Below are positions 1 to 13,300 of a stretch of 64,000 nt of DNA, piece by piece. Source of the stretch: Eledone cirrhosa (lineage: Eukaryota). A model generated the notes under the pieces. The model was not told where the DNA came from. It saw only the letters and a program-made list of their open reading frames with translations, and did not search any database. How positions within the stretch are numbered: the stretch's first letter is position 1; the number at the start of each line of letters is the position of its first letter. The position numbers were made by a program, and so were the translations under genes. The stretch lies in the NCBI GenBank assembly GCA_964016885.1, contig OZ024744.1, forward strand, positions 125,240,001 through 125,304,000. The letters run 5' to 3'.

Positions 1-377
1 CAGTTATAAAAAAATTTCAGCTTGTTGAATCCCAAAATAGTTGTTGAAACAGCCACAGCTCAGCCGTCGGGGTCCTGAATATTTATCATATATATATATA
101 CGTATGAGTGTGTGTGTTTTGAGAATTAATAATTATATAAACAAGTTTGTAATGAACAATTTATTTCTTATCAAAACTGTATAAACATGATATTATTTAC
201 AGTAAGAATAACAATAATAATGATGGTTTCTAGTAAAGGTGGAAGGCCAGTAATTTGGGGGAGGGGAAAGTTGATTAAATCGAAGAGAGAAAGAAAGAAA
301 AAACAGAACGGGAAGGAGAGGGGATGGCAAGAGGTCCGGTGTCGCAGGAGAGAGGGGAGGGTGGTTGAGCTTTGAGT

Positions 378-870
378 CTAGGGCAAGAGGGCAGAAATGC
401 TGCGCCCCACGGATAAGACGGCAAAAATATTCTCGCGGACGATGGCCAGAGATACCCAATGCAACAACCACCCAACCTCGCGGTGTTCCCTCCTCAGATG
501 GGCTGCTGACTCTCCGATCTTTTGGAGGAGCTCGGCAGTACAAGGTCCAAGTACTCCTGGGGTCTCGACGTTGACTGGTGCAGAGAGGAAGTGGCCGGAC
601 AATCCTCGGTATTTGTTTATTTTACGTTCTTCTGCGAGGTGGGCTGCGATGCCGGGGTTTGTGACCGAAACGACTTGGAAACGAAGTTGTAGGCGGAGAT
701 TGTGTCGTAGCTGGTGGTGTCCCAGATGAGGGACCTACGTCCTTCGAATGGGAAGAGAGTGATTCCGTCGGGGCGCTTGCCATCTCCGGGACCTGTTGGC
801 CCCAGTTGTGATGGGAAGCCAGCTGCGTCCAGGCTTCTTCTCAATATGTCGTTGACAACGACGTGTATCT
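378..870 (-). mobile_element. Decayed 3' fragment of a CRE-like non-LTR retrotransposon (restriction-like endonuclease domain)
   Basis: Frameshifted peptides GKRPDGITLFPFEGRRSLIWDTT, VETPGVLGP and SLAIVREN match the RPD-G..WD, ETxG and SLAxxRGN motifs of CRE-clade RLE domains. Confidence 0.7.
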
Positions 871-1169
871 ATTCAATAATTATTTGAATATTGAAATTTT
901 AGGTTTAACTACCTTTTAAACCAAATACATTAAGAAAGGCATGACCAACACCACATCATTTTTATTTCTATTTTGAAAGTAGGTTTATAAGTATTAAATT
1001 TCAGTAGATTCTTATATCCTTCATGGTGGTCTGGTGGGAGATACGAGAGATGGTGGAGGTTCTGGTCTGGGGTTCAATCCTGCTCAGGAGATACTCTAAG
1101 GGGGTTCATACTAAACTTCTTCAGTGTTTCTTATCTCTAGAGACAAATATATATACATAAGGTAATCTG

Positions 1170-1295
1170 GTAAAGTTGTTAGAACATCACATAGAATTCT
1201 TTGTAGTATTTTTTCCAGTTCTTCAATCTGAGTTCAACTTTACTTTTCTTCCATTCGGGGTTGATAATAACGTACCAGTCAAATACTAGGGGTTA
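1170..1295 (+). mobile_element. Degenerate SINE fragment
   Basis: TCTGAGTTCAACTTTACTTTTCTTCCATTCGGGGTTGATAATAACGTACCAGT...TACTAGGGGT resembles the better-preserved SINE copies at 4770 and 42800. Confidence 0.55.
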
Positions 1296-1410
1296 ATTCT
1301 TCCTCTATATCTCTTTCTCACTCTCTGTCTGTTTTATTAAGACCTGGAGAGGTGATGTACTCTACCAGGTTTTATAATGAGTGATGGGGTCATACCTGCC
1401 TGCTACACCT

Positions 1411-1945
1411 CTGTGTACTAAGTGTAGCATATTATATCCTTGTTCAGGGCCTTCCTGACATTACTGTGTACTAAGGGTAGCATTTTATATCCTTGTTCAG
1501 GGCCATCTTAACATTGCTGTGTACTAAGTGTAGCATATTATATCCTTGTTCGGGGCCTTCCTGACATTAGTGTGTACTGAGTGTAGATTTTAACATCCTT
1601 GTTCTGGGCCTTCCTAACATTACTGTGTACTGAGTGTAGATTTTAACATCTTTGTTCAGGGCCTTCCTAACATTGCTGTGTACTAGGTGTAGCATATTAT
1701 ATCCTTGTTCAGGGCCCTCCTGACATTACTGTGTACTAAGTGTAGATTTTGATATCCTTGTTCAGGGCCATCCTAACATTACTGTGTACTAAGAGTAGCA
1801 TTATATATCCTTGTTCAGGGCCTTCCTAACATTACTGTGTACTAAATGTAGATTTGGATATCCTTGTTCAGAGCCTTCCTTACATTACTGTGTACTAAGT
1901 GTAGCATTTCATATACTTGTTCTGGGCCTTCCTAACGTTACTGTG
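1411..1945. repeat. 53-bp minisatellite, ~10 copies
   Basis: Unit CTGTGTACTAAGTGTAGCATATTATATCCTTGTTCAGGGCCTTCCTAACATTA starts at 1411, 1464, 1517, 1570 and onward. Confidence 0.95.
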
Positions 1946-2725
1946 GAAATAGTAGTTTATATCCAATATGTAATATAGATATGGATTCTACAGGACTAAA
2001 ACTCATTAATATGAGGGGTATTAGTAGATTATATGCCATATTTAATAGAGAAATGGCTTCTACAAGACTAAAACTCATTAATATGAGGGGTATTACAGTT
2101 TATATGCCATATTTAATACAGAAATGGCTTCTAAAGGACTAGAACTCTTTAAATTGAATAAAATAGTAGTATATATCCTATGTTTAATACAGAAATGCCT
2201 TCTAAAGGACTCATTAATATGAGGGTATTAGTAGATTATATAACATATTTAATACAGAAATGGCTTTTAAATTCAGGGACTCGTTAATTTGATGGAAATA
2301 GTAGTGTCTATGCAATATTTAATACAGAAATAGCTTCTACAGGACTAAAACTAATTAATATGAGGGGTATTAGTAGTATATGTGCCATATTTAATACAGA
2401 GATGGCTTCTAAATGGAGGTATCTCATTAATTCGATTGAAATGGTAGTGTATATGCAATATTTAATACAGAAATAGCTTCTACAAGAATAAAACTCATTA
2501 ATATGAAGGTTATTATTACATTATATGCCATATTTAATACAGAAATCGGTTCTAAAGGACTAGAACTCTTTAATTCAAATCAAATAGTAGTATAAAGCAA
2601 TATTTACTACAGAAATGGCTTCTACAAGACTAAAAATCCTTAATATGAGGGGTATTGTTAGATTATATACCATATTTAATACAGAAATGGCTTCTAAATG
2701 AAGAAATCTCTTTAATTCGATAGTA
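1946..2725. repeat. ~71-bp AT-rich minisatellite, ~11 diverged copies
   Basis: The core ATTTAATACAGAAATGGCTTCTA recurs every ~65-72 bp (2040, 2111, 2247, 2317, 2389, 2460, 2532, 2673). Confidence 0.9.
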
Positions 2726-3377
2726 ATAGTAATAATAATAATAGTAATAGTAATAATACAGCCAATTTTCCACGCAATACTTTTAGTTAGCACCCCGAAC
2801 GCATAATTGGGAATATAATCACTTATTTCCTAATGTTTGTTGAGTGAGTTGGGAAAAAAAACTTGGGAAATATATTTTCAGGGTCTCAAAATCTTAAAGA
2901 GAAAAAAAAGTCCTGTGGAAGGTAGCAAAACAATTAGGAAGAAAATGGTTTGAAGTTGGTTGGTGAGTATAAGATTACAGTATCTTGTTGATTTCTATAA
3001 AGTTTACTTTTAACTGAATTGGTAAAAATGGATAAATTAGAAGACACAATATAATAACTAATATTGTCTTCTAAAACAGGGAATAAAAATATGTTGGTGT
3101 ATTGGGGGGGGGGGGGGGTAAACATGTGAGTTAATGGGAATGTTTTTGTTTGTTTTTATTGAAACATATTCAATCTACAGATAGGTTGTTATAGTTATTT
3201 AGTCTCGGGTCTGCCATTATCTGCAGATTTATAATTGAGGGGTGTTCCAGGTGTGACCACCCTACATTATTCCTAGAGATTGTTACTCCTTCATTCTTCA
3301 GTCATCTTGGTCTTCTTATGAGATGGTGGTGTAGTCTTATTTATTGTTAAGGTTATGGTCTTCCTTTGTCCACACTC

Positions 3378-3415
<38 letters not shown>

Positions 3416-3699
3416 AAAGGCTTCCTTCTCTGGAAAAAGATGATTTAATATTCACAACCATCTGTCTAATTGTTTTCTGATGAGAATAAAGTTAATCTTG
3501 CTTGTATGTCTACCTGATCAAATGACTGGCTGATATCTTGAAGTCATTTACACCACAGAACTGTAGGAGTCTTGATCCCTCAAGCCATACCTCTAGCCAT
3601 CATGTACTCCAAAAGAGTCTCACCTTGGTGCTACTCAACATGTCCATTAAATTTAGCAGCAAGGATGCCCTCTTCTTAGTGAGAGACAACTACAAGAGA

Positions 3700-4460
3700 G
3701 GTTCTTAGAGAAGAATAAGCCACTATAGTTAACTTTTGTTGACATAGAGAACCCCGATCTGTCATCTGGTGGTCCTTAAGGAAACTAGGTGTAGGGGAAT
3801 GGCTTGTGAGGACAGTGCAAGCTATGTACAAGGGTGCTGTCAGTAAAGTGAGAGGAGGAATTCCAGAAACAAAGTAGGTGTACATCAGGGTTCGGTCCTC
3901 AGTCCGCTCTTGTTCATTATAGTCCTCCCTCCCTCCCTCCCTCCCTCCCTCCCTCCCTCCAAGCCATAACAGAGGAGGAGTAGTTTAAGACTGGATGCCC
4001 ATGGGAACTTCTCTATGCTGACGATCTGGTTCTTATAGCAGAATCAGTAGAGGAGCTAGCTAGAGAATAAATTCTGGCTATGGAAACAGCAGTAGTTGGA
4101 ATCAAGAAGACTGAGAGTGAACCTAGCTAAGACAAAAGTGTTTATAAGTAGAAGAGAGGACAAAACTCTGATTCTGTCAGGGAAATGGCCATGTTCGATA
4201 TGTAGGAAAGGAGTTGGCATAAATTCTATGAAATGTAGTACGCAATGCAGATCTTGGCTACACAAGAGATGTAGTGGGATAGCAGGAAAACTGACTGACA
4301 GGTAGGGAGAAATACGTATGCAGTAGATGTACAGGGAAATTTGACAGAGATTGCAGTGATAGACACATTTTTCAAATGCAGGTGGGATCTATAGAGGGAG
4401 TTGATAGCTTCTGATACCTAGGTGATCAGATTAGTAAGGGAGGAGGGTGATATAAAATAT
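3700..4460 (+). mobile_element. Decayed RTE-clade LINE, RT domain plus Cys/His finger
   Basis: Broken frames give VHQGSVLSPLLFIIV, LLYADDLVLIAES, LRVNLAKTKV and WPCSICRKGVG..KC..C..WLHKRCSGI, with stops and frameshifts. Confidence 0.85.
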
Positions 4461-4769
4461 ATTGTTATCATGACTGTCTTTATTATTTAAATTACCTCTG
4501 TCTATTTACAGATTTTACAGAGTGTACTGGGTGCTTTTATGATGGGAGCAGCAACTCTATACGATTTTACAGAGTGTACTTGGTGCTTTTATCATGGCAC
4601 ATGGCAGCAGCAGCAGCAGCAGCAACTACGATTTTACAGAGTGTACTTGGTGCTTTTTACTCTGACATCAGCACTGAGGAAGTTGTCATATTTTCAGCTA
4701 AATTAATGAGTAGAAAAACCAAGTTTCTGCTACAAAAAATTCTCAGATTCAAGGGAGACATTCAGTTTA

Positions 4770-4955
4770 AGTATGGTATACTGTCACTAAGGCAGCAAAT
4801 TGGCAGAGTCGCTAGAATATCAGATAGCATTCTTTACATTATTTGTTTCAGCTCTCTGTTCTCTCAATTCAAATCCTGCTCAGGTCAACTTTGCCTTTCA
4901 TCCATACAAAATAGATTAATAAAAGTACCAGTGTATTACTGGGGTCAATTCTTCT
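4770..4955 (+). mobile_element. tRNA-derived SINE (octopus-type)
   Basis: GGCAGCAAATTGGCAGA...TTCAAATCC (B-box-like) followed by GGTCAACTTTGCCTTTCATCC and GTACCAGT..TACTGGGGTC. The same core occurs at 15800, 16087 and 42800. Confidence 0.7.
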
Positions 4956-4981
4956 TCTAACTCTTCTGCACTTCCATTCTC

Positions 4982-5020
<39 letters not shown>

Positions 5021-5269
5021 GCTTCTTTAGAACACATCTGCTGTATTCAGACCTGGAGCGGAGATGGGCTCCACCAAGTTTTAAAAATTGCCCTTTAAGC
5101 GCTGTATGTCAATATGGTGCCCCTATGATTCCCTCCCTCAGGAGTTATGGGACCATAGATACTGTCAATTGTAAAGAATAACAGAGATATTCAGTGCTAG
5201 TGTGGTGTTCTGTCAGTTGTGGAGATTGATGAATCTAAACAGAAATATCAACAGCACTTTTCATTTCTG

Positions 5270-5445
5270 AGTAACACATTTGTTACCAAGTGCTGCATGG
5301 CTGGAATGAAAATCAGTGCTGTGAAAACCAAGACATTCATCCTCTCAAGGAAGCTTGTGCAGTGCACTCTACATGTAAATGGAGTCCCACTGAAGCAGGT
5401 AGAAAAGTTCATGTATCTCGAAGCTGTGTTCACGAGTGATGACAG
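5270..5445 (+). mobile_element. LINE RT C-terminal fragment (RTE-like)
   Basis: GMKISAVKTK...LKQVEKFMYL resembles the RT-thumb motif GLxIN.KTK..LE.V..FKYLG. Confidence 0.6.
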
Positions 5446-5580
5446 AGACGGCAAAGGCACAACACACAACAGAAGAAAAGAACAATGACAATTATTATTA
5501 TTATTATTATTATTATTTGTTTTATTAGTTTTATTATAATAAAAATTGTGCTGTTAGTTTGCTTGCTATACCATCATGTA

Positions 5581-5667
5581 CCCTAACCCTAAACCTAACC
5601 CCAACTCCAACTCTGACCCTAAACCTAACCCCAACCCTAACCCCAACCCTAACCCTAACCCTAACCC
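5581..5667 (-). repeat. Interstitial telomere-like repeat, degenerate (CCCTAA)n
   Basis: CCCTAA and CCCCAA hexamers become perfect toward the junction with the 172-bp array. Confidence 0.85.
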
Positions 5668-6769
5668 ACGATAGAAGACGTTCGTTACCGCTGGAGCAAC
5701 GCAAATTACTCCTCGGTTGACGCCAAAAACGAACGCCTTCTCGACGGCTAGCCGCATTTCGTGATCCGCCTTTCGATTGCGCTTCCGTCGCGGAAAAAGA
5801 ATTGCCTTTATAGGCCGCCGCCGCCGCCCGACCGGACCCACGATAGAAGACGTTCGTTACCGCTGGAGCAACGCAAATTACTCCTCGGTTGACGCCAAAA
5901 ACGAACGCCTTCTCGACGGCTAGCCGCATTTCGTGATCCGCCTTTCGATTGCGCTTCCGTCGCGGAAAAAGAATTGCCTTTATAGGCCGCCGCCGCCCGA
6001 CCGGACCCACGATAGAAGACGTTCGTTACCGCTGGAGCAACGCAAATTACTCCTCGGTTGACGCCAAAAACGAACGCCTTCTCGACGGCTAGCCGCATTT
6101 CGTGATCCGCCTTTCGATTGCGCTTCCGTCGCGGAAAAAGAATTGCCTTTATAGGCCGCCGCCGCCGCCCGACCGGACCCACGATAGAAGACGTTCGTTA
6201 CCGCTGGAGCAACGCAAATTACTCCTCGGTTGACGCCAAAAACGAACGCCTTCTCGACGGCTAGCCGCATTTCGTGATCCGCCTTTCGATTGCGCTTCCG
6301 TCGCGGAAAAAGAATTGCCTTTATAGGCCGCCGCCGCCGCCCGACCGGACCCACGATAGAAGACGTTCGTTACCGCTGGAGCAACGCAAATTACTCCTCG
6401 GTTGACGCCAAAAACGAACGCCTTCTCGACGGCTAGCCGCATTTCGTGATCCGCCTTTCGATTGCGCTTCCGTCGCGGAAAAAGAATTGCCTTTATAGGC
6501 CGCCGCCGCCGCCCGACCGGACCCACGATAGAAGACGTTCGTTACCGCTGGAGCAACGCAAATTACTCCTCGGTTGACGCCAAAAACGAACGCCTTCTCG
6601 ACGGCTAGCCGCATTTCGTGATCCGCCTTTCGATTGCGCTTCCGTCGCGGAAAAAGAATTGCCTTTATAGGCCGCCGCCGCCGCCCGACCGGACCCACGA
6701 TAGAAGACGTTCGTTACCGCTGGAGCAACGCAAATTACTCCTCGGTTGACGCCAAAAACGAACGCCTTC
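5668..6769 (+). repeat. 172-bp GC-rich tandem array (6 units plus a partial), putative rDNA spacer/promoter repeats
   Basis: Units start at 5668, 5840, 6009, 6181, 6353, 6525 and 6697. Each full unit has TTTATAGG followed by (GCC)n. The array ends ~360 bp upstream of an 18S 5' end. Confidence 0.9.
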
Positions 6770-7126
6770 CGGTTCGGGCGACGTAAAAGTCTGTAGCCTT
6801 TTCGCCGATCCTCGACGATTATCCGCCTTCCGAACAACCGCCTTTCCGCCGTCACAGCAGTAGGTACTCGTCCGTCGTAATAGCCGTCATTTTAATGCAG
6901 GAGAAACGCCTAAATGCACTGCGATTAACGACGATCTACGACGCGCTTACTCTTCCTTGCTGCGACGAAGGTTTCGTTCGGCTTTTCGTCGTGGACCCGG
7001 TCAGGTCATGCCGCTGATCTCGCGTTGCGTCGTTACCGCTGGAGCAACGCAAATTACTCCTCGTTTAACGCCAACATCGAACGCGCTTCGGTTCTCGGTC
7101 GTCGTTGTTTTGTTTCGTGCGGAAGA
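6770..7126 (+). other. 5' ETS-like leader
   Basis: CpG-rich segment directly abutting the 18S start. It contains an internal copy of the 172-bp core CGTTACCGCTGGAGCAACGCAAATTACTCCTCG at ~7031. Confidence 0.55.
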
Positions 7127-7310
7127 TACCTGGGTGATCCTGCCAGTAGTCATATGCTTGTCTCAAAGCTTAAGCCATGCAAGTGGAAGTTCATGCCGTA
7201 AACGAAAATGGTGAAACCGCGAATGGCTCAGGAACCGGATCTAATCCTCGGGACCGTATTCCTCACCGCGAGGAGAGGATAACTGTGGCAATTCTAGAGC
7301 TAATACATGC
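7127..7310 (+). pseudogene. 18S rRNA 5' fragment (first ~180 nt only)
   Basis: TACCTGGGTGATCCTGCCAGTAGTCATATGCTTGTCTCAAAG..TAAGCCATGCA, GTGAAACCGCGAATGGCTCA and GGATAACTGTGGCAATTCTAGAGCTAATACATGC are colinear with the universal 18S 5' end, then collinearity breaks. Confidence 0.93.
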
Positions 7311-7317
7311 AATTGAG

Positions 7318-10300
7318 ATCGGAGAGGGAGCGATCCGTCTGCTTGATTCCGATAACGAACGAGACATTCGTATCCGAAAGAACGTTTGTCTGGAAACTGG
7401 TGCAGTCAGTGAGTCGAAAAAAAAATATCTCGGTGGTAGTGGCAAATATTCGAACGAGACATTCGTATGCGAAAGAACGTTTGTCGGTGGTAGTAGCAAA
7501 TATTCGAACGAGACATTCGTATGCGAAAGAACGTTTGTCTGGAAGTGGCGATCCATGCCCGGTGGATAGTTGGTTCCGGGTTTTACTATGATTGTTGCAA
7601 AACAGAAACTTAAAGGGATTGACAGAATTTGCGATTACGGAGAGGGGGCGATCCGTCTGCTTGATTCCGATAACGAACGAGACATTCGTATCCGAAAGAA
7701 CGTTTGTCTGGAAACTGGTGAGTCAGTGAGTCGAAAAAAAAATATCTCGGTGGTAGTAGCAAATATTCGAACGAGACATTCGTATGCGAAAGAACGTTTG
7801 TCGGTGGTAGTAGCAAATATTCGAACGAGACATTCGTATGCGAAAGAACGTTTGTCGGTGGTAGTAGCAAATATTCGAACGAGACATTCGTATGCGAAAG
7901 AACGTTTGTCGGTGGTAGTAGCAAATATTCGAACGAGACATTCGTATGCGAAAGAACGTTTGTCTGGAAGTGGCGATCCATGCCCGGTGGATAGTTGGTT
8001 CCGGGTTTTACTATGATTGTTGCAAAACAGAAACTTAAAGGGATTGACAGAATTTGCGATTACGGAGAGGGGGCGATCCGTCTGCTTGATTCCGATAACG
8101 AACGAGACATTCGTATCCGAAAGAACGTTTGTCTGGAAACTGGTGAGTCAGTGAGTCGAAAAAAAAATATCTCGGTGGTAGTAGCAAATATTCGAACGAG
8201 ACATTCGTATGCGAAAGAACGTTTGTCGGTGGTAGTAGCAAATATTCGAACGAGACATTCGTATGCGAAAGAACGTTTGTCTGGAAGTGGCGATCCATGC
8301 TCGGTGGATAGTTGGTTCCGGGTTTTACTATGATTGTTGCAAAACAGAAACTTAAAAGGATTGACAGAATTTGCGATTCCGGAGAGGGGGCGATCCGTCT
8401 GCTTGATTCCGATAACGAACGAGACATTCGTATCCGAAAGAACGTTTGTCTGGAAACTGGTGAGTCGAAAAAAAAATATCTCGGTGGTAGTAGCAAATAT
8501 TCGTATGCGAAAGAAAAGATCTCGGTGGTAGTAGCAAATATTCGAACGAGACATTCGTAGGCGAAAGAAAAATATCTCGGTGGTAGTAGCAAATATTCGA
8601 ACGAGACATTCGTATGCGAAAGAACGTTTGTCGGTGGTAGTAGCAAATATTCGAACGAGACATTCGTATGCGAAAGAACGTTTGTCGGTGGTAGTAGCAA
8701 ATATTCGAACGAGACATTCGTATGCGAAAGAACGTTTGTCTGGAAGTGGCGATCCATGCCCGGTGGATAGTTGGTTCCGGGTTTTACTATGATTGTTGCA
8801 AAACAGAAACTTAAAGGGATTGACAGAATTTGCGATTCCGGAGAGAGGGCGATCCGTCTGCTTGATTCCGATAACGAACGAGACATTCGTATCCGAAAGA
8901 ACGTTTGTCTGGAAACTGGTGAGTCAGTGAGTCGAAAAAAAAATATCTCGGTGGTAGTAGCAAATATTCGTATGCGAAAGAAAAGATCTCGGTGGTAGTA
9001 GCAAATATTCGAACGAGACATTCGTAGGCGAAAGAAAAATATCTCGGTGGTAGTAGCAAATATTCGAACGAGACATTCGTATGCGAAAGAACGTTTGTCG
9101 GTGGTAGTAGCAAATATTCGAACGAGACATTCGTATGCGAAAGAACGTTTGTCGGTGGTAGTAGCAAATATTCGAACGAGACATTCGTATGCGAAAGAAC
9201 GTTTGTCTGGAAGTGGCGATCCATGCCCGGTGGATAGTTGGTTCCGGGTTTTACTATGATTGTTGCAAAACAAAAACTTAAAGGGATTGACAGAATTTGC
9301 GATTCCGGAGAGAGGGCGATCCGTCTGCTTGATTCCGATAACGAACGAGACATTCGTATCCGAAAGAACGTTTGTCTGGAAACTGGTGAGTCAGTGAGTC
9401 GAAAAAAAAATATCTCGGTGGTAGTAGCAAATATTCGAACGAGACATTCGTATGCGAAAGAACGTTTGTCGGTGGTAGTAGCAAATATTCGAACGAGACA
9501 TTCGTATGCGAAAGAACGTTTGTCGGTGGTAGTAGCAAATATTCGAACGAGACATTCGTATGCGAAAGAACGTTTGTCTGGAAGTGGCGATCCATGCCCG
9601 GTGGATAGTTGGTTCCGGGTTTTACTATGATTGTTGCAAAACAAAAACTTAAAGGGATTGACAGAATTTGCGATTCCGGAGAGAGGGCGATCCGTCTGCT
9701 TGATTCCGATAACGAACGAGACATTCGTATCCGAAAGAACGTTTGTCTGGAAACTGGTGAGTCAGTGAGTCGAAAAAAAAATATCTCGGTGGTAGTAGCA
9801 AATATTCGAACGAGACATTCGTATGCGAAAGAACGTTTGTCGGTGGTAGTAGCAAATATTCGAACGAGACATTCGTATGCGAAAGAACGTTTGTCTGGAA
9901 GTGGCGATCCATGCCCGGTGGATAGTTGGTTCCGGGTTTTACTATGATTGTTGCAAAACAGAAACTTAAAGGGATTGACAGAATTTGCGATTACGGAGAG
10001 GGGGCGATCCGTCTGCTTGATTCCGATAACGAACGAGACATTCGTATCCGAAAGAACGTTTGTCTGGAAACTGGTGAGTCAGTGAGTCGAAAAAAAAATA
10101 TCTCGGTGGTAGTGGCAAATATTCGAACGAGACATTCGTATGCGAAAGAACGTTTGTCGGTGGTAGTAGCAAATATTCGAACGAGACATTCGTATGCGAA
10201 AGAACGTTTGTCTGGAAGTGGCGATCCATGCCCGGTGGATAGTTGGTTCCGGGTTTTACTATGATTGTTGCAAAACAGAAACTTAAAGGGATTGACAGAA

Positions 10301-13300
10301 TTTGCGATTACGGAGAGGGGGCGATCCGTCTGCTTGATTCCGATAACGAACGAGACATTCGTATCCGAAAGAACGTTTGTCTGGAAACTGGTGAGTCAGT
10401 GAGTCGAAAAAAAAATATCTCGGTGGTAGTAGCAAATATTCGAACGAGACATTCGTATGCGAAAGAACGTTTGTCGGTGGTAGTAGCAAATATTCGAACG
10501 AGACATTCGTATGCGAAAGAACGTTTGTCTGGAAGTGGCGATCCATGCCCGGTGGATAGTTGGTTCCGGGTTTTACTATGATTGTTGCAAAACAGAAACT
10601 TAAAGGGATTGACAGAATTTGCGATTCCGGAGAGGGGGCGATCCGTCTGCTTGATTCCGATAACGAACGAGACATTCGTATCCGAAAGAACGTTTGTCTG
10701 GAAACTGGTGAGTCAGTGAGTCGAAAAAAAAATATCTCGGTGGTAGTAGCAAATATTCGAACGAGACATTCGTATGCGAAAGAACGTTTGTCTGGAAGTG
10801 GCGATCCATGCCCGGTGGATAGTTGGTTCCGGGTTTTACTATGATTGTTGCAAAACAGAAACTTAAAGGGATTGACAGAATTTGCGATTCCGGAGAGGGG
10901 GCGATCCGTCTGCTTGATTCCGATAACGAACGAGACATTCGTATCCGAAAGAACGTTTGTCTGGAAACTGGTGAGTCGAAAAAAAAATATCTCGGTGGTA
11001 GTAGCAAATATTCGTATGCGAAAGAAAAGATCTCGGTGGTAGTAGCAAATATTCGAACGAGACATTCGTAGGCGAAAGAAAAATATCTCGGTGGTAGTAG
11101 CAAATATTCGAACGAGACATTCGTATGCGAAAGAACGTTTGTCGGTGGTAGTAGCAAATATTCGAACGAGACATTCGTATGCGAAAGAACGTTTGTCTGG
11201 AAGTGGCGATCCATGCCCGGTGGATAGTTGGTTCCGGGTTTTACTATGATTGTTGCAAAACAGAAACTTAAAGGGATTGACAGAATTTGCGATTCCGGAG
11301 AGAGGGCGATCCGTCTGCTTGATTCCGATAACGAACGAGACATTCGTATCCGAAAGAACGTTTGTCTGGAAACTGGTGAGTCAGTGAGTCGAAAAAAAAA
11401 TATCTCGGTGGTAGTAGCAAATATTCGAACGAGACATTCGTATGCGAAAGAACGTTTGTCGGTGGTAGTAGCAAATATTCGAACGAGACATTCGTATGCG
11501 AAAGAACGTTTGTCTGGAAGTGGCGATCCATGCTCGGTGGATAGTTGGTTCCGGGTTTTACTATGATTGTTGCAAAACAGAAACTTAAAGGGATTGACAG
11601 AATTTGCGATTCCGGAGAGGGGGCGATCCGTCTGCTTGATTCCGATAACGAACGAGACATTCGTATCCGAAAGAACGTTTGTCTGGAAACTGGTGAGTCA
11701 GTGAGTCGAAAAAAAAATATCTCGGTGGTAGTAGCAAATATTCGAACGAGACATTCGTATGCGAAAGAACGTTTGTCGGTGGTAGTAGCAAATATTCGAA
11801 CGAGACATTCGTATGCGAAAGAACGTTTGTCTGGAAGTGGCGATCCATGCCCGGTGGATAGTTGGTTCCGGGTTTTACTATGATTGTTGCAAAACAGAAA
11901 CTTAAAGGGATTGACAGAATTTGCGATTCCGGAGAGGGGGCGATCCGTCTGCTTGATTCCGATAACGAACGAGACATTCGTATCCGAAAGAACGTTTGTC
12001 TGGAAACTGGTGAGTCAGTGAGTCGAAAAAAAAATATCTCGGTGGTAGTAGCAAATATTCGAACGAGACATTCGTATGCGAAAGAACGTTTGTCGGTGGT
12101 AGTAGCAAATATTGGAACGAGACATTCGTATGCGAAAGAACGTTTGTCTGGAAGTGGCGATCCATGCCCGGTGGATAGTTGGTTCCGGGTTTTACTATGA
12201 TTGTTGCAAAACAGAAACTTAAAGGGATTGACAGAATTTGCGATTCCGGAGAGGGGGCGATCCGTCTGCTTGATTCCGATAACGAACGAGACATTCGTAT
12301 CCGAAAGAACGTTTGTCTGGAAACTGGTGAGTCAGTGAGTCGAAAAAAAAATATCTCGGTGGTAGTAGCAAATATTCGAACGAGACATTCGTATGCGAAA
12401 GAACGTTTGTCGGTGGTAGTAGCAAATATTCGAACGAGACATTCGTATGCGAAAGAACGTTTGTCGGTGGTAGTAGCAAATATTCGAACGAGACATTCGT
12501 ATGCGAAAGAACGTTTGTCTGGAAGTGGCGATCCATGCCCGGTGGATAGTTGGTTCCGGGTTTTACTATGACTGTTGCAAAACAGAAACTTAAAGGGATT
12601 GACAGAATTTGCGATTCCGGAGAGGGGGCGATCCGTCTGCTTGATTCCGATAACGAACGAGACATTCGTATCCGAAAGAACGTTTGTCTGGAAACTGGTG
12701 AGTCAGTGAGTCGAAAAAAAAAATATCTCGGTGGTAGTAGCAAATATTCGAACGAGACATTCGTATGCGAAAGAACGTTTGTCGGTGGTAGTAGCAAATA
12801 TTCGAACGAGACATTCGTATGCGAAAGAACGTTTGTCTGGAAACTGGTGAGTCAGTGAGTCGAAAAAAAAATATCTCGGTGGTAGTAGCAAATATTCGAA
12901 CGAGACATTCGTATGCGAAAGAACGTTTGTCGGTGGTAGTAGCAAATATTCGAACGAGACATTCGTATGCGAAAGAACGTTTGTCTGGAAGTGGCGATCC
13001 ATGCTCGGTGGATAGTTGGTTCCGGGTTTTACTATGATTGTTGCAAAACAGAAACTTAAAGGGGTTGACAGAATTTGCGATTTCGGAGAGGGGGCGATCC
13101 GTCTGCTTGATTCCGATAACGAACGAGACATTCGTATCCGAAAGAACGTTTGTCTGGAAACTGGTGAGTCAGTGAGTCGAAAAAAAAATATCTCGGTGGT
13201 AGTAGCAAATATTCGAACGAGACATTCGTATGCGAAAGAACGTTTGTCGGTGGTAGTAGCAAATATTCGAACGAGACATTCGTATGCGAAAGAACGTTTG

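Noticed and set aside
4574-4960. 128-aa ORF
   Set aside because: GTG start, spans a short local repeat, a (GCA)n run and a SINE, with no recognisable homology.
5534-6855. Repeated ~124-aa minus-strand ORFs
   Set aside because: By-product of the 172-bp GC-rich array, with GTG starts, frame drift and no recognisable domain.
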